DNA from: the human T2T-CHM13v2.0 reference genome, Homo sapiens
Assembly: GCF_009914755.1 (NCBI RefSeq)
Contig: NC_060928.1
Length of the DNA stretch: 64,000 nt
Strand: one strand, 5' to 3'
The notes under the pieces were generated by a model. The model had not been told where the DNA came from. It did no database searches and was given only the letters and a program-made list of their open reading frames with translations. A program made the translations under genes and the position numbers. Positions 1 to 14,900 of this stretch are shown here, piece after piece; the first letter of the stretch is position 1, and every line of letters begins with the position of its first letter.

Positions 1-55
1 AAATTACGTCTCAAAAAACAAAAACCAAAAAAAAAAAAAAAAGAAAGAAAGAAAA
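1..55 (+). mobile_element. 3' end and A-rich tail of an Alu cut by the window edge
   Basis: ...cgtctcaaaaaacaaaaaccaaaa...gaaagaaa, the typical Alu terminus plus tail. Confidence 0.6.
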
Positions 56-569
56 CACATGAAGCTACTCACGTAGCATTGATGGACACGTCTCAAGGTC
101 TTGCTCCTACGGCTGCTTGCAGACTGCTCCTCTCCCATCCTCTTGTGACTCTGGAAAAATTTTTTTTTGAGGCTTAAGCCATGGGCTACCCATCGTATAG
201 TGCTTGTTGTCTGTATTCTTCACCTACTTTCAGACTTTCAGCCCCTTACAATCATGGAAGTCTAAATATTTGTCACAGTCTTCCCCATTTACAAATTCTG
301 CTATTTTTCTTAGCATTTAAAGTTGTGTAAGTTTTACCTGGATAAGAAGACAGGAAGAGTTGCTTGTACTGAAACAGGGATTGCAAGCTTCTTGTAATTT
401 GTGCATTTGCATGAGGTTGCATCAGCTCAGAGCAAGGTCTGCTTTTTTGCCAAGCGGAGAAGCATTTTATAATTCATACTTCCAGCAGGAATAACTCTCC
501 TCTAAGCCATACAAAGATGTTTTAGGTTTTAGTTATATTAGCACATTAACTATAGGTTTCAATATCTGC

Positions 570-1048
570 ATTAGTTGTCAATTGTGTAACAATCATCTAC
601 TAACTTGGTGCTTTAATATAATGGTTTATTATTTTTTCAGATTTTTGTGGATTCACTTAGGTTCAGCTGGGTAATTCTTCTGTAGATTTTGCTGGAGGCC
701 AGTCCCTTATGCAGCTCCATTCAGCTGGCAACTCAGCTGGGGTGAAAATATGCAAGATGGCCTTCATCTTCCAGGATCCCACATATATGGCTTCTAATCA
801 TTCAATGTCTAGCCTGGTTTTCCTTACATAAGGGAGACTGAACTCAAAAGGGAGAAGCAGAATCCACTACATTCTGGGCTCAAGAACCCCAAGTATGTCA
901 TTTGCACCACATTTAATATAAAAACAAGTCACAAGAATAACTCATATTCAAGAGAACAGGAAATAGAATTTATCTCTTGATGTGAGGAACAATATGCTCA
1001 CATGGCCATAGAAGGAATTAGTGGTTATATTTGGAGATTACTTACCAC
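570..1048. mobile_element. Old MaLR LTR (MLT1 family)
   Basis: attagtt..tgtgtaacaatcat..aacttggtgcttt..ttcagctggg..aagtcacaag..aaatagaatt..tctcttgatg resembles recalled MLT1 LTR consensus; highly diverged. Confidence 0.55.
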
Positions 1049-1770
1049 TTTCTCTTTTCTCCTACACTCTATGTCTCAGAGATTTGTGCCAAGTTGCTTA
1101 AACATTTTGTATCTCACTGTCTTTCTACATGAAAAAAGGATGTTAGAAAGCTATTTATTTCATAGTGCTTTTGGGTCCAATTTAGTCCTTGTATATCACT
1201 TAAAACAAGATCTGACACATGGCTTATTAATAATTGTAACAATTATTATTATTATTACTATTACTATCTTTTTCATTGTAATCACTATCATTTTAATTCT
1301 TCCTCAATTTATAGCAGGTCTACAATATGTATTATTTGCTTACTTAGCAACTTAACCACTTAGTTACTTAGCAACTTAAGTATTATAAGTTAATTATTTG
1401 CTACAAATAATTAAAATGTTTCTCTAATATATGATATAAACTTTGAAAGCACAGTAAGAACTATTCTCCAGGCTAACAAGATTAAGCAATCGCCATCTGT
1501 AAATATTACATTTAGATCAATCATTTCAAATTCAGTAGGTGTTTGCCTTTCTGCACTAATAAGTTGTAATGGCTACTGCAGTACCCAGAAAGAGATCATG
1601 AAAATCAAAATATATTGAAGTGCCCTTTTCAAAAACCTTTAGACTAGATGGGATCCTACTAACATTGATATCATTTTAAGGTAATAAATAACTTGAAATT
1701 TGTTGTGTTATAGAAAACATGACACCATGTTCTTTCACCACTTACAAAACCAAACAGATAAAGAATTCCA

Positions 1771-2203
<433 letters not shown>

Positions 2204-3003
2204 TCACTCTGGGCTCCTTTTCTAACCTCCCATCAGACTGCCAGATGCCTCATGTTATTTTCCCTCATATGTATACATTTTATATATAATATATATGGTG
2301 CTAATTAATTTTATAATATTAATATCTCAAAAATAATTAGTAATTAGAAACTGGTAAAAGTATAGCAATTATATATTGAAAAATATAATCATATCAGCAT
2401 TACATCATTTAATTCCAATAAACAGCAAAATAAATAGGCATATTTTCGTCTTCATATGAGAAATAATTTTAGAGTAATTTTTCTAAGTTTATATAACCAG
2501 ATCATAACAAAATTTGAATTTTGAGCCCAAGTTGACCTGACTCTATGGTTCAATTTCTTAAAATAAAGACAAAATATAAAAATAAATCCTTAACTATGTA
2601 TTGTAAGTCAGTAAAATTATCCTCAGATGGTACTCATTTTGATAAAGGATAAACTTTCTACTACAATAAAACAAAAAATTCCTTATGATAGAAATTAAAA
2701 GAAAACACATATTATTTATAATTTAGTAGTAGCACAGTCTGAAGGTCAAAAGTGAACCGATACTGACTTCTTGAACATATTTACTACTTTTATTTTTTAC
2801 TCTAATCAACCACTGTTCTTTCTACTGTCTACAGAAGATAATGTTTTTTGTAGTTGCAATTGCTCTGTCTTCAAAACTATGGACCTCTCTGCAGCATTTA
2901 TCAATCCCTTCCTTCTTGAAACTTTCTTCCTTCTTTTATATTCAGTGTTAATGAATTGTTTTAAATATTTTAACTCTCTGATTATAATTTCTCTGGTTCT
3001 ACA

Positions 3004-3288
3004 GGCTCACCCCTGTAATCCCAGCACTTTGGGAGGCAGAGGCAGGTGGATCATCTGAGGTCAGGGGTTTGAGACCAGCCTGGCCAATGTGGTGAAACCC
3101 TGTCTCTACTAAAAATACAAAAAATTAGCCGGGTATGGGGATGCCTGTGGTCCCAGTTACTTAGGAGGCTGAGGCTGGAGAATCGCTTGAACCGGGAGGC
3201 GGAGGTTGCAGTAAGCCGAGATTGCTCACTGCACTCTAGCCTGGGCTACAAGAGTGAAACTCTTTCTCCAAAAAAAAAAAAAAAAAAA
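3004..3288 (+). mobile_element. AluS (Sx/Sz-like), slightly 5'-truncated
   Basis: ggctcac..tgtaatcccagcactttgggagg..ctactaaaaatacaaaaaattagccggg..poly-A. Confidence 0.93.
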
Positions 3289-3769
3289 TTTCCATCTATC
3301 TATAGATATTCACAATATAGTCTCTTCAAAGATTTATTTCATTCTATTCATTGTACTCTAATTGCTTTTAATTTTTATGGGGATATATATCAGTATCATT
3401 AGCTGATAAAATTTATGGCTCTATTTATCTGAATAATGTACATATGATTATTTGTACAAATGTTACCTAACAGTTCTGGAGCCCATATATAGAATCAAGA
3501 CTCTATTTTGATCCTTAAGAGAGCAGGCATCCTAGATTAAAAACACTAAATTTCTTATGCTTACCTCAAAATTAGTTTGGTTTCACTGAATGTGATCTTC
3601 CTACACTGGGCACTGCAAGAACTAGAGTAATGACTGGTTCATCTCCATCTCCAGTGTAGTGCCTATAGCACAAAAAGCATTCATTAAAGTTGGTCAACTT
3701 AAGAAACAAATGATTTAAGAGAGAAACAAAACAAAACAAAACAAAATAAAAACCCAAAAAAGTCATGTG

Positions 3770-3918
3770 AGCCAGGTGTGGTAGCTCACACTTGTAATCC
3801 TAGCAATTTGGGAAGCCAAGGTAGGAGAATCACTTGAGGCCAGGAGCTTGAGATCAGCCTGGCCAACATAGCAAGACCCCATCTTTATTTTAAAAATTCA
3901 ATTAAAAATAAAATTAAA
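3770..3918 (+). mobile_element. Free left Alu monomer (FLAM-like)
   Basis: Single left monomer followed by A-rich tail; tcatgt on both flanks. Confidence 0.8.
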
Positions 3919-3989
3919 GAATCATGTTTGCCTCAATTATCTTCTTTGCTCTAGTTATGCATCGTACTTTTATTTCTAGGAAGTGATGA

Positions 3990-4284
<295 letters not shown>

Positions 4285-7200
4285 TGCTGATGGGATTTTG
4301 AAACTGATTGTTCATGACTGAATTAATGATAGGAGCATAGAATTCTAGAATCTTTTTCCTTCAAGTAATCTAGATGTGACAATTCAGTCATCTGTAATCC
4401 TCTTTTCTTTATTTTCTTACTATTCCAGTCCCAGCCCTTCTTACATTTCCTTGGAAACATTCTATCTAGCTAACCTATTGACAGGTTTGAATCTCACCCT
4501 GATAAATATTTTGTAGTTCATATCTACATTAGTAACTTTAAAGTACGAATGTGATTACATTTCTCACATTCAAAAAATCTTGATGAGCTCATAATTGGTT
4601 ACAGAATAAGTAAAAGGTATTTAAACTCCTCTTGAAGATACCTTTAATCTAGCCATACATATTCAAGAATATCCATATAATTGTTCAGCACCTCTCTATA
4701 CTCTGAGATCTGAATATTCCTGTGTTTACTTTTGCTTTCCCCACTACTTGGGATTGTCTCCCTATCTCACCTCTGCATGTTTAAATATTGCTTATCTTTT
4801 CAGACAGCACTCAAATGTTGCCTTATTCATGATTCTCAAAGCCAGCAAATAACAACCTGATAAAATTAAATTGGCAAAAAGAAAAAGGAATAATAACATG
4901 CAAAGCAAGGGAAACAAATTCTTCAAGAAATCACTGAAAAGCATTAATGTAGATATTAATAAGTGAAAAACAACAGAAACAGAGACTACTGTGGATGCAT
5001 TTATATTTCCTGTTTTCAGCAAATCTGTCCTTGATTCTAAGAACAAAGTTATATCTTCAGTAAATATATATCTAAGCAACTAATAACAATTAGATTAATA
5101 GACACACAAAATTAAAACATTCAGTCTGAATAATATAGAATTATCAGGAACATGCAGTTGTGCTTATATGTGTTATTTCTAATATATCCCAAATAAGAAA
5201 AAAAAAGAAAGAACTGCACCTAATATTTACAATTGTGAAAGCAACAGAGAAGAAAAAGGGAAACAATGTTTATTTAAATAGACAGAAAAACATAATGGAG
5301 AAAATGGAGAGAACCTTTAAAAAGTTAAAGGATGCAAGACAAACCACAAATACTAACCACAATGATATTTAATTCATTTTTGTTGGAAAATCAGAGTCAC
5401 TGTTGTCAGGTTCTGAACTTTCAGTGGTGCCAGGATGTCTTGAAGTTGATTTTTAGTCCAGTAAATCATTTATTTTGGCCAAGTCAGAATGGTTTCCTGA
5501 ATTTCTGCAACAGGCATTAGTAGTTCTGAAAAGCTATGTGTTTGTGTGTGTATGCATAAATGTGTATATATATATTAATTATACTAATATAAAACTACAT
5601 ATATATGCACACAAATACACACATGCACATACATTTTTCATTAAATTAAAATTTTCATATTTTTTAAAGTGTGAATACATCTTAAATATAAGAAAATAGG
5701 TAGCAAGATAAATTCATATGTTTTTGGTTTTGATTATGATAAAGTCACTAGTTTTTAAAAAATAAATCACAATTCTGAAAATAATAGTAATATAATTTTT
5801 TAAAATACTCATTTTAAAAAATATGTTTTCTTAGCCATTTAAGGTTTTATGTTGCATTAAATAACACATCAGAGATGTTCAAAGATAATGTAACTTGCAT
5901 ATTTTTCTATTAAAAATACTAAAATATAATAGAGAAATATTCTTTCTAGGAAGACTTTAGCAAGTAAATATAATGAAATAATTTACAGAAATGGGATATT
6001 TTCTGGAAAATATATCTGGAGAGTCTTTCAACTTTATATATTTGTTCCACTGCCTTTTGGGGGTAAGTGTTTAATTTTGAAGGCTATGAGCGGTTCAAAA
6101 CACTTAAAAACTTAAACATGAGAAATCACAATGTAATCATGGTTACTTAAGAGGTCATATAATTAGGCTGTCAATCATCACAACAAATACTCATTTCAGA
6201 ATATTTCACTATCAGTAGCATTGGGGTGAGAATCAGTTCAATTTTCCTTTTTGCAACCAGATATAAATAATAACCTATACAAATCTAGGAGGAAGAAGAA
6301 ATCTCAAGAACTTCCTCTTAGATAGTCTCTTGAGATAGATTTTTTTTCTGGCAATAATTCCAAGAAAAGAAAAAGATTCTGCCTATAGACGAAAAGCATA
6401 ATCATCACTTTCATAATATTTTAGTAGATTTTGGTATACAAATTGTTAATGGAAAGCATTTTTAAATAAATAAATGAAATAATGAGTCATACATGTTGCA
6501 CTGGAATTTTTATGTGGGATGCAACTTTCCCAAAGTGGAATTTATTTGATTAAGCATATTTTTTAACATTACTTTTCACAAATCTGTAGGGTTTTAGTTG
6601 TTCAGATCTAATAAACGTATAAATGACAACATAGATTTATAACAAACAGAATGAAGGTGCAATCTATTATAAAGATCTTTACGGCAATAAACAAATGTTT
6701 ATCGAACAGTAGTTATCAGCCAGGTACTGTATTACGTGCTGAGAAAAATTTAAACAATTACAGTTAAAGTGTATATGTGAAACATATATATATATTATAT
6801 ATATAGTATGCATGTTTATGTGTGTTGTATTTATTTCTAGGTAAAATATCTAAAAAAATTATAAATAGGCTCTAGAATTCTCAATGTTATGGTAATTTTC
6901 AATTCCATTTTTTATAATTATGACATATGCACACACACACTCACACACCCACACATACACTCCTCAAATTGGTAATGAAGAATGACATGATTGTTTATTT
7001 TTAAGTAAACATGTGATTGGAGTGTTTGTTTATCAACACTACTATTCACAACAATCCTACAAACTAACAATAATAATAAAAATAAAAATGAAATGATAGC
7101 ATGGCCTGACCAGTATCTATCTTCTATCTTCGCTTCTAGTGTATTTCCATGTAAGCAAAATTAAATAAATTTATGATTTTATAACAATTATAAGTTTAGC

Positions 7201-8850
7201 GAAAACTTGTGGCACTAGAATGCCCTCTTACCTCACATCCAGTTTCCCCCAATATTAATATATTACATGGTCTGGTATCATTGTTGTAATTAATAAGCTA
7301 ATACTGATACATTATTAACCAAAACGCATGCTGAAATCCATTCGTATTTCCCTAGTTTTAACTAATATTATTTTTCTGTTCCAGGATATAGTCCAGAAAA
7401 ACATAGCACGGTTCATATTTATGCCTTCTTAGGTTGCCCTTGACTGTGTCAGTTTCTTAGATTTTCCTTGTTTTTTATGATCTTGAGAGTTTTGAGGAGT
7501 ATTGTTCAGGTATTTTGTAAAATGTGCCTCAATTGGTTTTTTTAATGTTTTTGTATGATTAGACTGGGGATTTAGTTTTTGGGAGGAAGATCATGGAAGT
7601 AAATTGCCTTTGTCATTACTTCATATGGAAAGTACAAATTATTAACGTGACCTATTACTGCTGATATTATCCGTGATCATCTGACTGAGGTGGTATTTCT
7701 CAGGTTAATCCACAGTAAAAACAGTGTTTTTCTCCCTGCTTTCCTTCTCTCTGGAAGGAAGTCATTATGGGCAGCCAACATTAAAGAATAGGGGGTTACA
7801 CTCCTTCGCTGAGAGCAGAATAATTACCTAAATATTTTGGAACTTTTCTGCACAGGAGAATTTGTCTCCTCTCTCCCATTTATGTACTTATTTAATTATT
7901 TGTTTATATTAATAGACTTATGAATACTTATTTTTACTTTTTGTTATAGCCCAATATTACTTTATTTTCTTGCTCAAATTGTTACTACTTTAGACATTTG
8001 GAGCTCCATCCGTTGGCTATGTCCATTCCACATAAAACCATTATGTGGGGTTTTGGGGGGCTAAAGGGGTATTTCCTTACATTTTGGGATAAAAGATACT
8101 CTGGAATCATCTAGTATATTTTCTTCTCCAGTCCTAGAATCAGCCACTTCTCCAAGGAACCCTGGTTTCTTTTATTGGTGACTAGTATTATCAACCAACA
8201 TCTAGGTGTACTTGACACTACTGAGGTGTCATTTTTTAGGCCCTCACAGCTGACAGAGCAAGGAAATATATGTGTATACTAACTCACCTATATACATACA
8301 TCTATAAATATTTTTATATGTAACCATCCGTGTCTATATTGAGCTAGAACAAGCTAAAGGTGAGATAACTGATGTCTCTGACTCTAATTCATTACTATGT
8401 GGATCATTCTATTTTCTCTTTGCTCATCTGCAACTTTACATGCTAACAGTGAGAAAATTGGCTCTTACACTACACCATGAATTTACAGTTTTTATTTTTA
8501 TTTATTGCTTTTAGTCTTACATACTATGCTCATTTCCAAAATGATTTAGGTCAGCAACTTCCTGCCACACCTTTTAATGAGACTGATCCATACACGTGTA
8601 ATAAAGTGAAGCTGATTTGTAATAGTCTGCATCTATCCTAGGATCTCCTGATCTCCTAAAGGCTATTGTCACAATTTGCATACCGTAAGGTTCACTCTTT
8701 ATGCTGTGAAATTCTGTGGGTTTTGATAAATGTACACTGTCATGTAACTACCACTTCAGTAACAAAAATAATACTTTCACTGCAGTAAAATAGTCTCTGT
8801 GTTGCCTTTATTCAGCCTTCCTCCCCTCTCTTGAAACCCAGGCAAACACT

Positions 8851-9212
8851 GTTTCCTTTCCTTCTTTCTTTCTTTCTTTTCTTTCTTTCTTTCTTGCTTG
8901 CTTGCTTGCTTTCTCTTTCTCTCTTCCTTCTTTCCTTCCTTCCTTCCTTCCCTCCCTCCCTCTCTCCCTCCTTCCCTCCCTCCTTCCTTCCTTCTTCTTT
9001 CTCTCTCTTCCTTTCTTCCTTTCTTTCTTCCTCTTTCTTTCTTTTTCTTTTTCTTTCTTTCTTTCATTCTTTTGTTCTTTCTTCTTTCTTTCTTTCTTTT
9101 CTCTCTTTCTCTTTCTCTCTTTCTTCCTTTCTTCCTTTCTCTCTCTTTCTTTCTTCTTTCTTTCTTTCTTCTTTCTTTCTTTCTCTCTCTCTTTCTTTCT
9201 TTCTTTCTTTTT
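8851..9212. repeat. ~360-bp polypyrimidine compound microsatellite (TTTC/CTTG/CCTT/CT), the expanded tail of the adjacent Alu
   Basis: Directly visible; lies inside the Alu TSD caaacactgttt (8843-8854 and 9495-9506). Confidence 0.95.
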
Positions 9213-9490
<278 letters not shown>

Positions 9491-10679
9491 TTGACAAACA
9501 CTGTTTTCTACAGTTTTGCCTTTTCTAGAATATTTATAATTGAACTTAAACAGCATGTAGCCTTTGAAACTTATTTCACTATCAATAAGCATTTTAGACT
9601 TATCCATGTCATTTGTTGTCTTCAGAGCTCATTTATTTTTGTCGCTGAACAATATCTCCTTGTATGGAAGGATCATAGTTTGTTTATTCATTTACCTGTT
9701 GAAGGACAGGTTGACTGTCTCCAATTTGGAGCCATTATGAATAAAGCTGATAAATCATGTTCGTAAAGTTTTTGACATAAATTTTCAAATCCTTTGGGCA
9801 AATATGTAGGAATGTAATTGCTATATCATATGATAAGACTATGTTAAGCTTCGTAAGAAACTGACAAACTGTGTTCCAAAGTGGCTGTACCATTTTGTAT
9901 TCCCAACAACAATATATGAGAGTCTTTTAATTTTGCATCATCAACAGCATTGGTATTTACAGATTTTTAGATTTTAACCATTCTTATAGGTATGTATTGG
10001 TATCTCTTAATTTGATATTTGTTAATAGTAAATGTCGTTGAACATCTTTTTTATGTCTCATTCCCATTTATATCCCTTCTTGGGTGAAATATCTGTTCAT
10101 ATCTTTCGCCTATTTTTATTGTGGTTATTTTCTTGTTATGGAGTTTTAAGAGTTACAAATTTTAGGTATAAGTTTTGTGTTAAATGTGTGTTTTGTGAAT
10201 ATTATTTTTAAATTCTGGATCTTTTCATTCTTCTAACGCTGTCTTTCACTGAGGAGGCATTTTAAACTTTAATATGGTCAGACTTACCAAATTTTTCCCA
10301 TGGGTCACACTTTTCACGTTGTATTAATATCTAAAAAGTTACTACTAATCCCAAGGATGCATGGCATTTCTTCTGTTTTTTATTTTCTTTTATGTATTTT
10401 ATCATTTTGCATTTTAAATTTAGTCTATGCTGTATTTTGAGTTCTCTTTCTTTTCTCAAAATTATATATTCTGTGTTTAGGTTGATTTGATTTTGAATAT
10501 GGATGTGTAACTTTTGTGTCTTCATTTCAGTATACATTCTAGGCATCATATACTCTAAAAATAAATATTAAAATACTGCTTTAGCTGGTAAATCTATATA
10601 TTCCATTAATTTTCAAATTTTCTTTAGAATTCATATGATCTAAGTAGATTTTTTTGTTAGAGCTCATTATCTGAGAATT

Positions 10680-11300
10680 TTTGTTAATTCTTTGGACCTT
10701 TCTACAAAGACAATTATGTAATCTGCCAATAAAGACCATCATTTTATATCTTCTTTCCCAATCTGTAAACTTTTATTTCCTTTTCTTATCTCCCTAGCTA
10801 GGGCTTCCAGTATAATGCTGAATATTAGTGATAAGAGTGGACCTACTTCACTAGTTCTGAAAGGCATCTAGAAAAAGACAGCTAGTTTATCACGATTAAG
10901 TATGATGTTAATTGTAGATCTGGGTGATTTTTTTATCAGTGAAGTGTTATTATTTGGTACCCAAACAATACAAATCTTTCAAGAATTTATAAAGTGGACA
11001 ATTTTTAAATCAATAATATTTGTTCAACAAACGATATCAACTGAGATTTAAAAGCAAGCCCAGACAGTAGGATATAAAATATTTGTAAAACATATCCAGA
11101 GTATGAATATTCTCCTATAGATCACAGAAAAAGAAGAATGACAGAATAGAAAAAATGCACAGCAAACTTGAACAAGATTTTCACATGAGGCTGTCTAAAT
11201 TGCAATGATTGCATTAAAAATTATCAATCTCCTAAGTCAACAGAAAATCAAAACCTTAATAAGATAAATTCACTCGTTACAATGATAAACATTTTAAAAG
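10680..11300. mobile_element. Degraded L1M ORF2 fragments (minus ~10680-10940, plus ~10990-11300)
   Basis: ctagggcttccagtataatgctgaat..taagtatgatgtta (minus); aaaatatttgtaaaacatat..gaacaagattttcac (plus). Confidence 0.5.
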
Positions 11301-11839
11301 ACTTTAAACTATAAAATTCTATTTTAAAAATTAAAATCTACATTTTACATTTTATTATTCAATCTTGTTTTACTTAATAATATGCAAATAATTTTATTTC
11401 ACATTATTTTCTGCATTGTAGAATACATAATGTATTATATTCTTCTTGTGAATAGCTACCAGTATGAAGTATATTAAATAATATGTAAAAGTCATTCATG
11501 TTTCCTCCTCCAAAATACTCCTATGTCTAACGACTCTCAATAGTTTGAATTTACCTTTGTAATATACTTTCAATCTACATTTAAAAATGTATACCTATAT
11601 AGAATATGTTCTCCATATAGGACTCTGATTTTATTGGCATAAAATGATAAAGTATGTTGCTAGTGAGCTTAAGAATAAGTAATAATAAAAGACACACAAC
11701 CAAAGCAAGATATAATGTAGAATATTCTGACAGGTGTACAGCTTCCCCACATTTCCAGGATTTCAGAGGCAGATGTGTGTGTGAATGTTCTTTCAGTGAT
11801 AATTTGGTCATGCAATAGAAGCTAGCCTTAAACATTTAT

Positions 11840-14000
11840 AACAAACTCATTGTGTCTCCACCCAAATCCGTATGTTGAAACCCTAACACCAATATGATAG
11901 CATTTGGAGGGAGGATCTTCGGGAAGTAATTAGGTCATGAGGGTAAAGCTTTTATGAATGTTTTTTAGTGTACTTGGAAGATTCCAGAGAGCTAGCTCAC
12001 TCTCTTTCTGCCATGTGATAATACAATGTGAAGACCACCATATGCAATCCAGTACATGAGCTTTCACCAGACACTGCATGTACCAGCAACTGGATCTTGG
12101 ACTTCCAGGCTTCAGAACTATAAGAAATAAATATCTGTTGTTTAAGCTATTATACTTAATCCATGGTAATTAGTTATAGCAACCCAAACTAAGGCAGAAG
12201 CATATCAAGAAGTGAGTACGCTGCTGTAACAAACATGTAAAAATGTGGAAGTAGCTTTGGAACTGGGTGTTAGGGAGAGGTGGAAAGTGCTCTGAAGTAC
12301 ATGCAAAAAGAAGCCAAGATTGTTGTGAAGAGATTTTTAAAAATAATTCCAATGAAGGCTCAGAGAAAAAGGAGGAGAGTTGGAGAGAAGGCCTCTGTCT
12401 TCTCAGAGAATACCTAAGTAATAATGAACAGAATGTTGGTAGATATATGAATGGTAAAGTTCATTCTGTTAGGTCTCAGACAGAATTGAGAAACATCGTG
12501 TTGGAAACTGTAAGAAAGGCAAACTTTGTTAAGTGGCAAAGAAATTGGCTGAAATGTGTTTATTTTCTAGTGTTTTGTCGAAGGTAGAAATTGTGAGCAA
12601 TGAAAGTGGATATTTTGCTGGAGACTACTAAGCAAAGTGTTGAAAAACTGTCTTTGTTCCTCTTGACTGCTTAAAGTAAAATGCAAAAAGAGAGATATGT
12701 CTTGAATACGAAATCGCTAAGCCAAAATAAACTAGAACTTAAAAGATTTCGAAAATTCGCAGCCTGTCTATATTGTAAAAAGTAAGAAAGCATCCCTTTG
12801 ATGAAAAGATTGGTATGGTGTGAACCATGGAATTAATCAGCCACCCCAGCAGGAAAATTGTTAGTTTGACCTAGAGGGAAAAGAGGGTAGGAATGAAAAA
12901 TGTTGTCTGTCTTAGATTTTATAAGAAGACTGTAAAGCTATTTAGTTGGAAGTGGGCTCTATTTTTCATGATAAGGTAAAAAGGATCTTGAAGGCAATTC
13001 AGATACAATCAGGTTGCCTCCTAGATTTCACAAAGGAAGGAAGAGAATAACCCTGATTTCAAGGTGCCAGAACCACCACCCAATGGCACAGGGTGGGACC
13101 ACTCAAAGCTGTCAGGGCTGAAACCCTGTCTTTCAGAGTCCTAGGGGCAGGATCTCACTCCAGTGAGTTTACAAGGTGGAAATTCTGCCCTAGGGAATCT
13201 GGAAGGTGGACCCACCATGCCAGTGGCATAGGAGGCAGAGAATCTAGCCAAAGATGGATATTCCTGAGGCATAAGATCTCATGGAGTTTGCCTTGCTAGG
13301 TTTTAGACTTGCTTGGGACTTGTTATTGCTTTTTTTTTTTTTCTTGTCTCTACCTTTTAGAATGAGAATGTCTGTCCTATACCTGTGCTACCACTGTTTT
13401 TTGGAAGTTCCTAACTTGCTTGATTCCACAGGTTCACAGCTAGAAAGAAATTTTTCCTCAGGATGAGTCATGTCTCAAGTTTCACCCATATCTGATTTAG
13501 ATGGTATTTAGATGAGATGTTGGACTTTGACCTTACAGCTGATGCTGGAACAAGATAAGACTTTGAAAACTATTAAGATGGAATAATTGTATTTTGCATG
13601 TGAGAAGAACATGAGTTTTGAGGGGTCAGGGCAGAAGGCAATGGCTTGGAGTTTGTGTCCCCCCTACCCCTTTCCTGCAGATTCATATGTTGAAACACTA
13701 ATCCCAGTGTGATAGTATTTGGAAGTGGGGCCTTTGGGAAGTAATTGCATCATGAGGGTGGTGCCCTTACAAATAGTATTAGTGTCCTTATAAGATACCA
13801 GAGAACTATCTCTTTTTCTACCATGTAAGGGTATAACAGGAAGATAGCAATTCACTAACCATGAAGCAAGTCATCACCAAACATCAGATCTCCTGGCACT
13901 TTCATCTTGGACTTTCCAGCCTCCAGAACTATAAAAAAGAAATACTTGTTTAAGCTATCCAATTTATGGTAATTTATAGTATCCTGAAATGATTTTGACA
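11840..14000 (+). mobile_element. Two-LTR MaLR element (MLT1A/MST-like): LTR ~11840-12196, internal ~12197-13640, LTR ~13641-14000
   Basis: Both LTRs share tatgttgaaac..atttgga..gggaagtaatt..catgagggt..atcttggactt..cagaactata; internal aaaatgtggaagtagctttggaactgggt; purine tract gaggggtcagggcagaagg before the second LTR. Confidence 0.85.
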
Positions 14001-14329
14001 CTATTCTCTTGAATTTCCTAAAACTCCTTGTGAACTATGCACCCCTTCCCTCTCACACACTTCTTCAAGATTGTGAAACATGAAAGGCTATGGTTCTATA
14101 TCCACATGCTGCCAAGGGTAAGAAACTGACGTGAGTGGCTCTTGAACAATGCTGAATGCCTACTGATACATCAAGTTAAACAAATGTTACTTTATAAGAA
14201 ATATTTTTTTCACATTTCACGTGTTTAAGAAGCATTTATCCTTGTATCATCCACATTGTTTGTGATTTGTTTTCTCTACTAAACACTAAATTATAAACAT
14301 TATTTGCATGTATCATTATTAGATAATTG

Positions 14330-14900
14330 CAGTTTGAAATTAAAAGCATGATGTCACTTGAAATAGCACTAAAATATAAAATACCTGTATAAATCTCACA
14401 AAATATATACTAGGTAAATATAAAGAAAACTATAAAACTCTGATGAAAGAAATCAAAGATAATCTAAATAAAAAGAAATGCTGTATGTATGGATAGAAAG
14501 ATATATTTTAAGATGCCAATTATTCCAAAATTGATCTATTCCTTTAATGCAATGTTGATCAAATCCCAGAAAGTAATTTTGTGGATATCAACAAATCTTT
14601 TAAAAAGCTTATATTGAGAGGGAGAGTAGCAAATACAATATTGAAGAAGAACAAAGCTGAAGAACTAACACTACCTGAGTACAAGACCTACTATAAAGGT
14701 ACAGCAATGAAGATGGAGTTATTTTGGAAAAAGGACAGACACATAGATCAATATAGCAGAAAAGAGAACCCAGAAATTTATACATACAATTATTTAAGAA
14801 AGGCAAACCAGATCTTTGACAAAGGAGCAAAGGTTTATCAAGAAAGAATTGTTTTTCAACAAATGTTACCATTATCATTGGATACCTGTATCCAACTCCA
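14330..14900 (+). mobile_element. L1M ORF2 fragment
   Basis: ORF 14581-14955 reads ANTILKKNKAEELTLPEYKTYYK..KDRHIDQ..IFDKGAK, a degenerate L1 ORF2 C-terminal region. Confidence 0.85.

Noticed and set aside
1002-1355. 117-aa ORF with a hydrophobic, membrane-like stretch
   Set aside because: The Ile/Thr run comes from an (ATT)n-like low-complexity tract and the ORF starts in an MLT1 LTR; no family similarity recognised.
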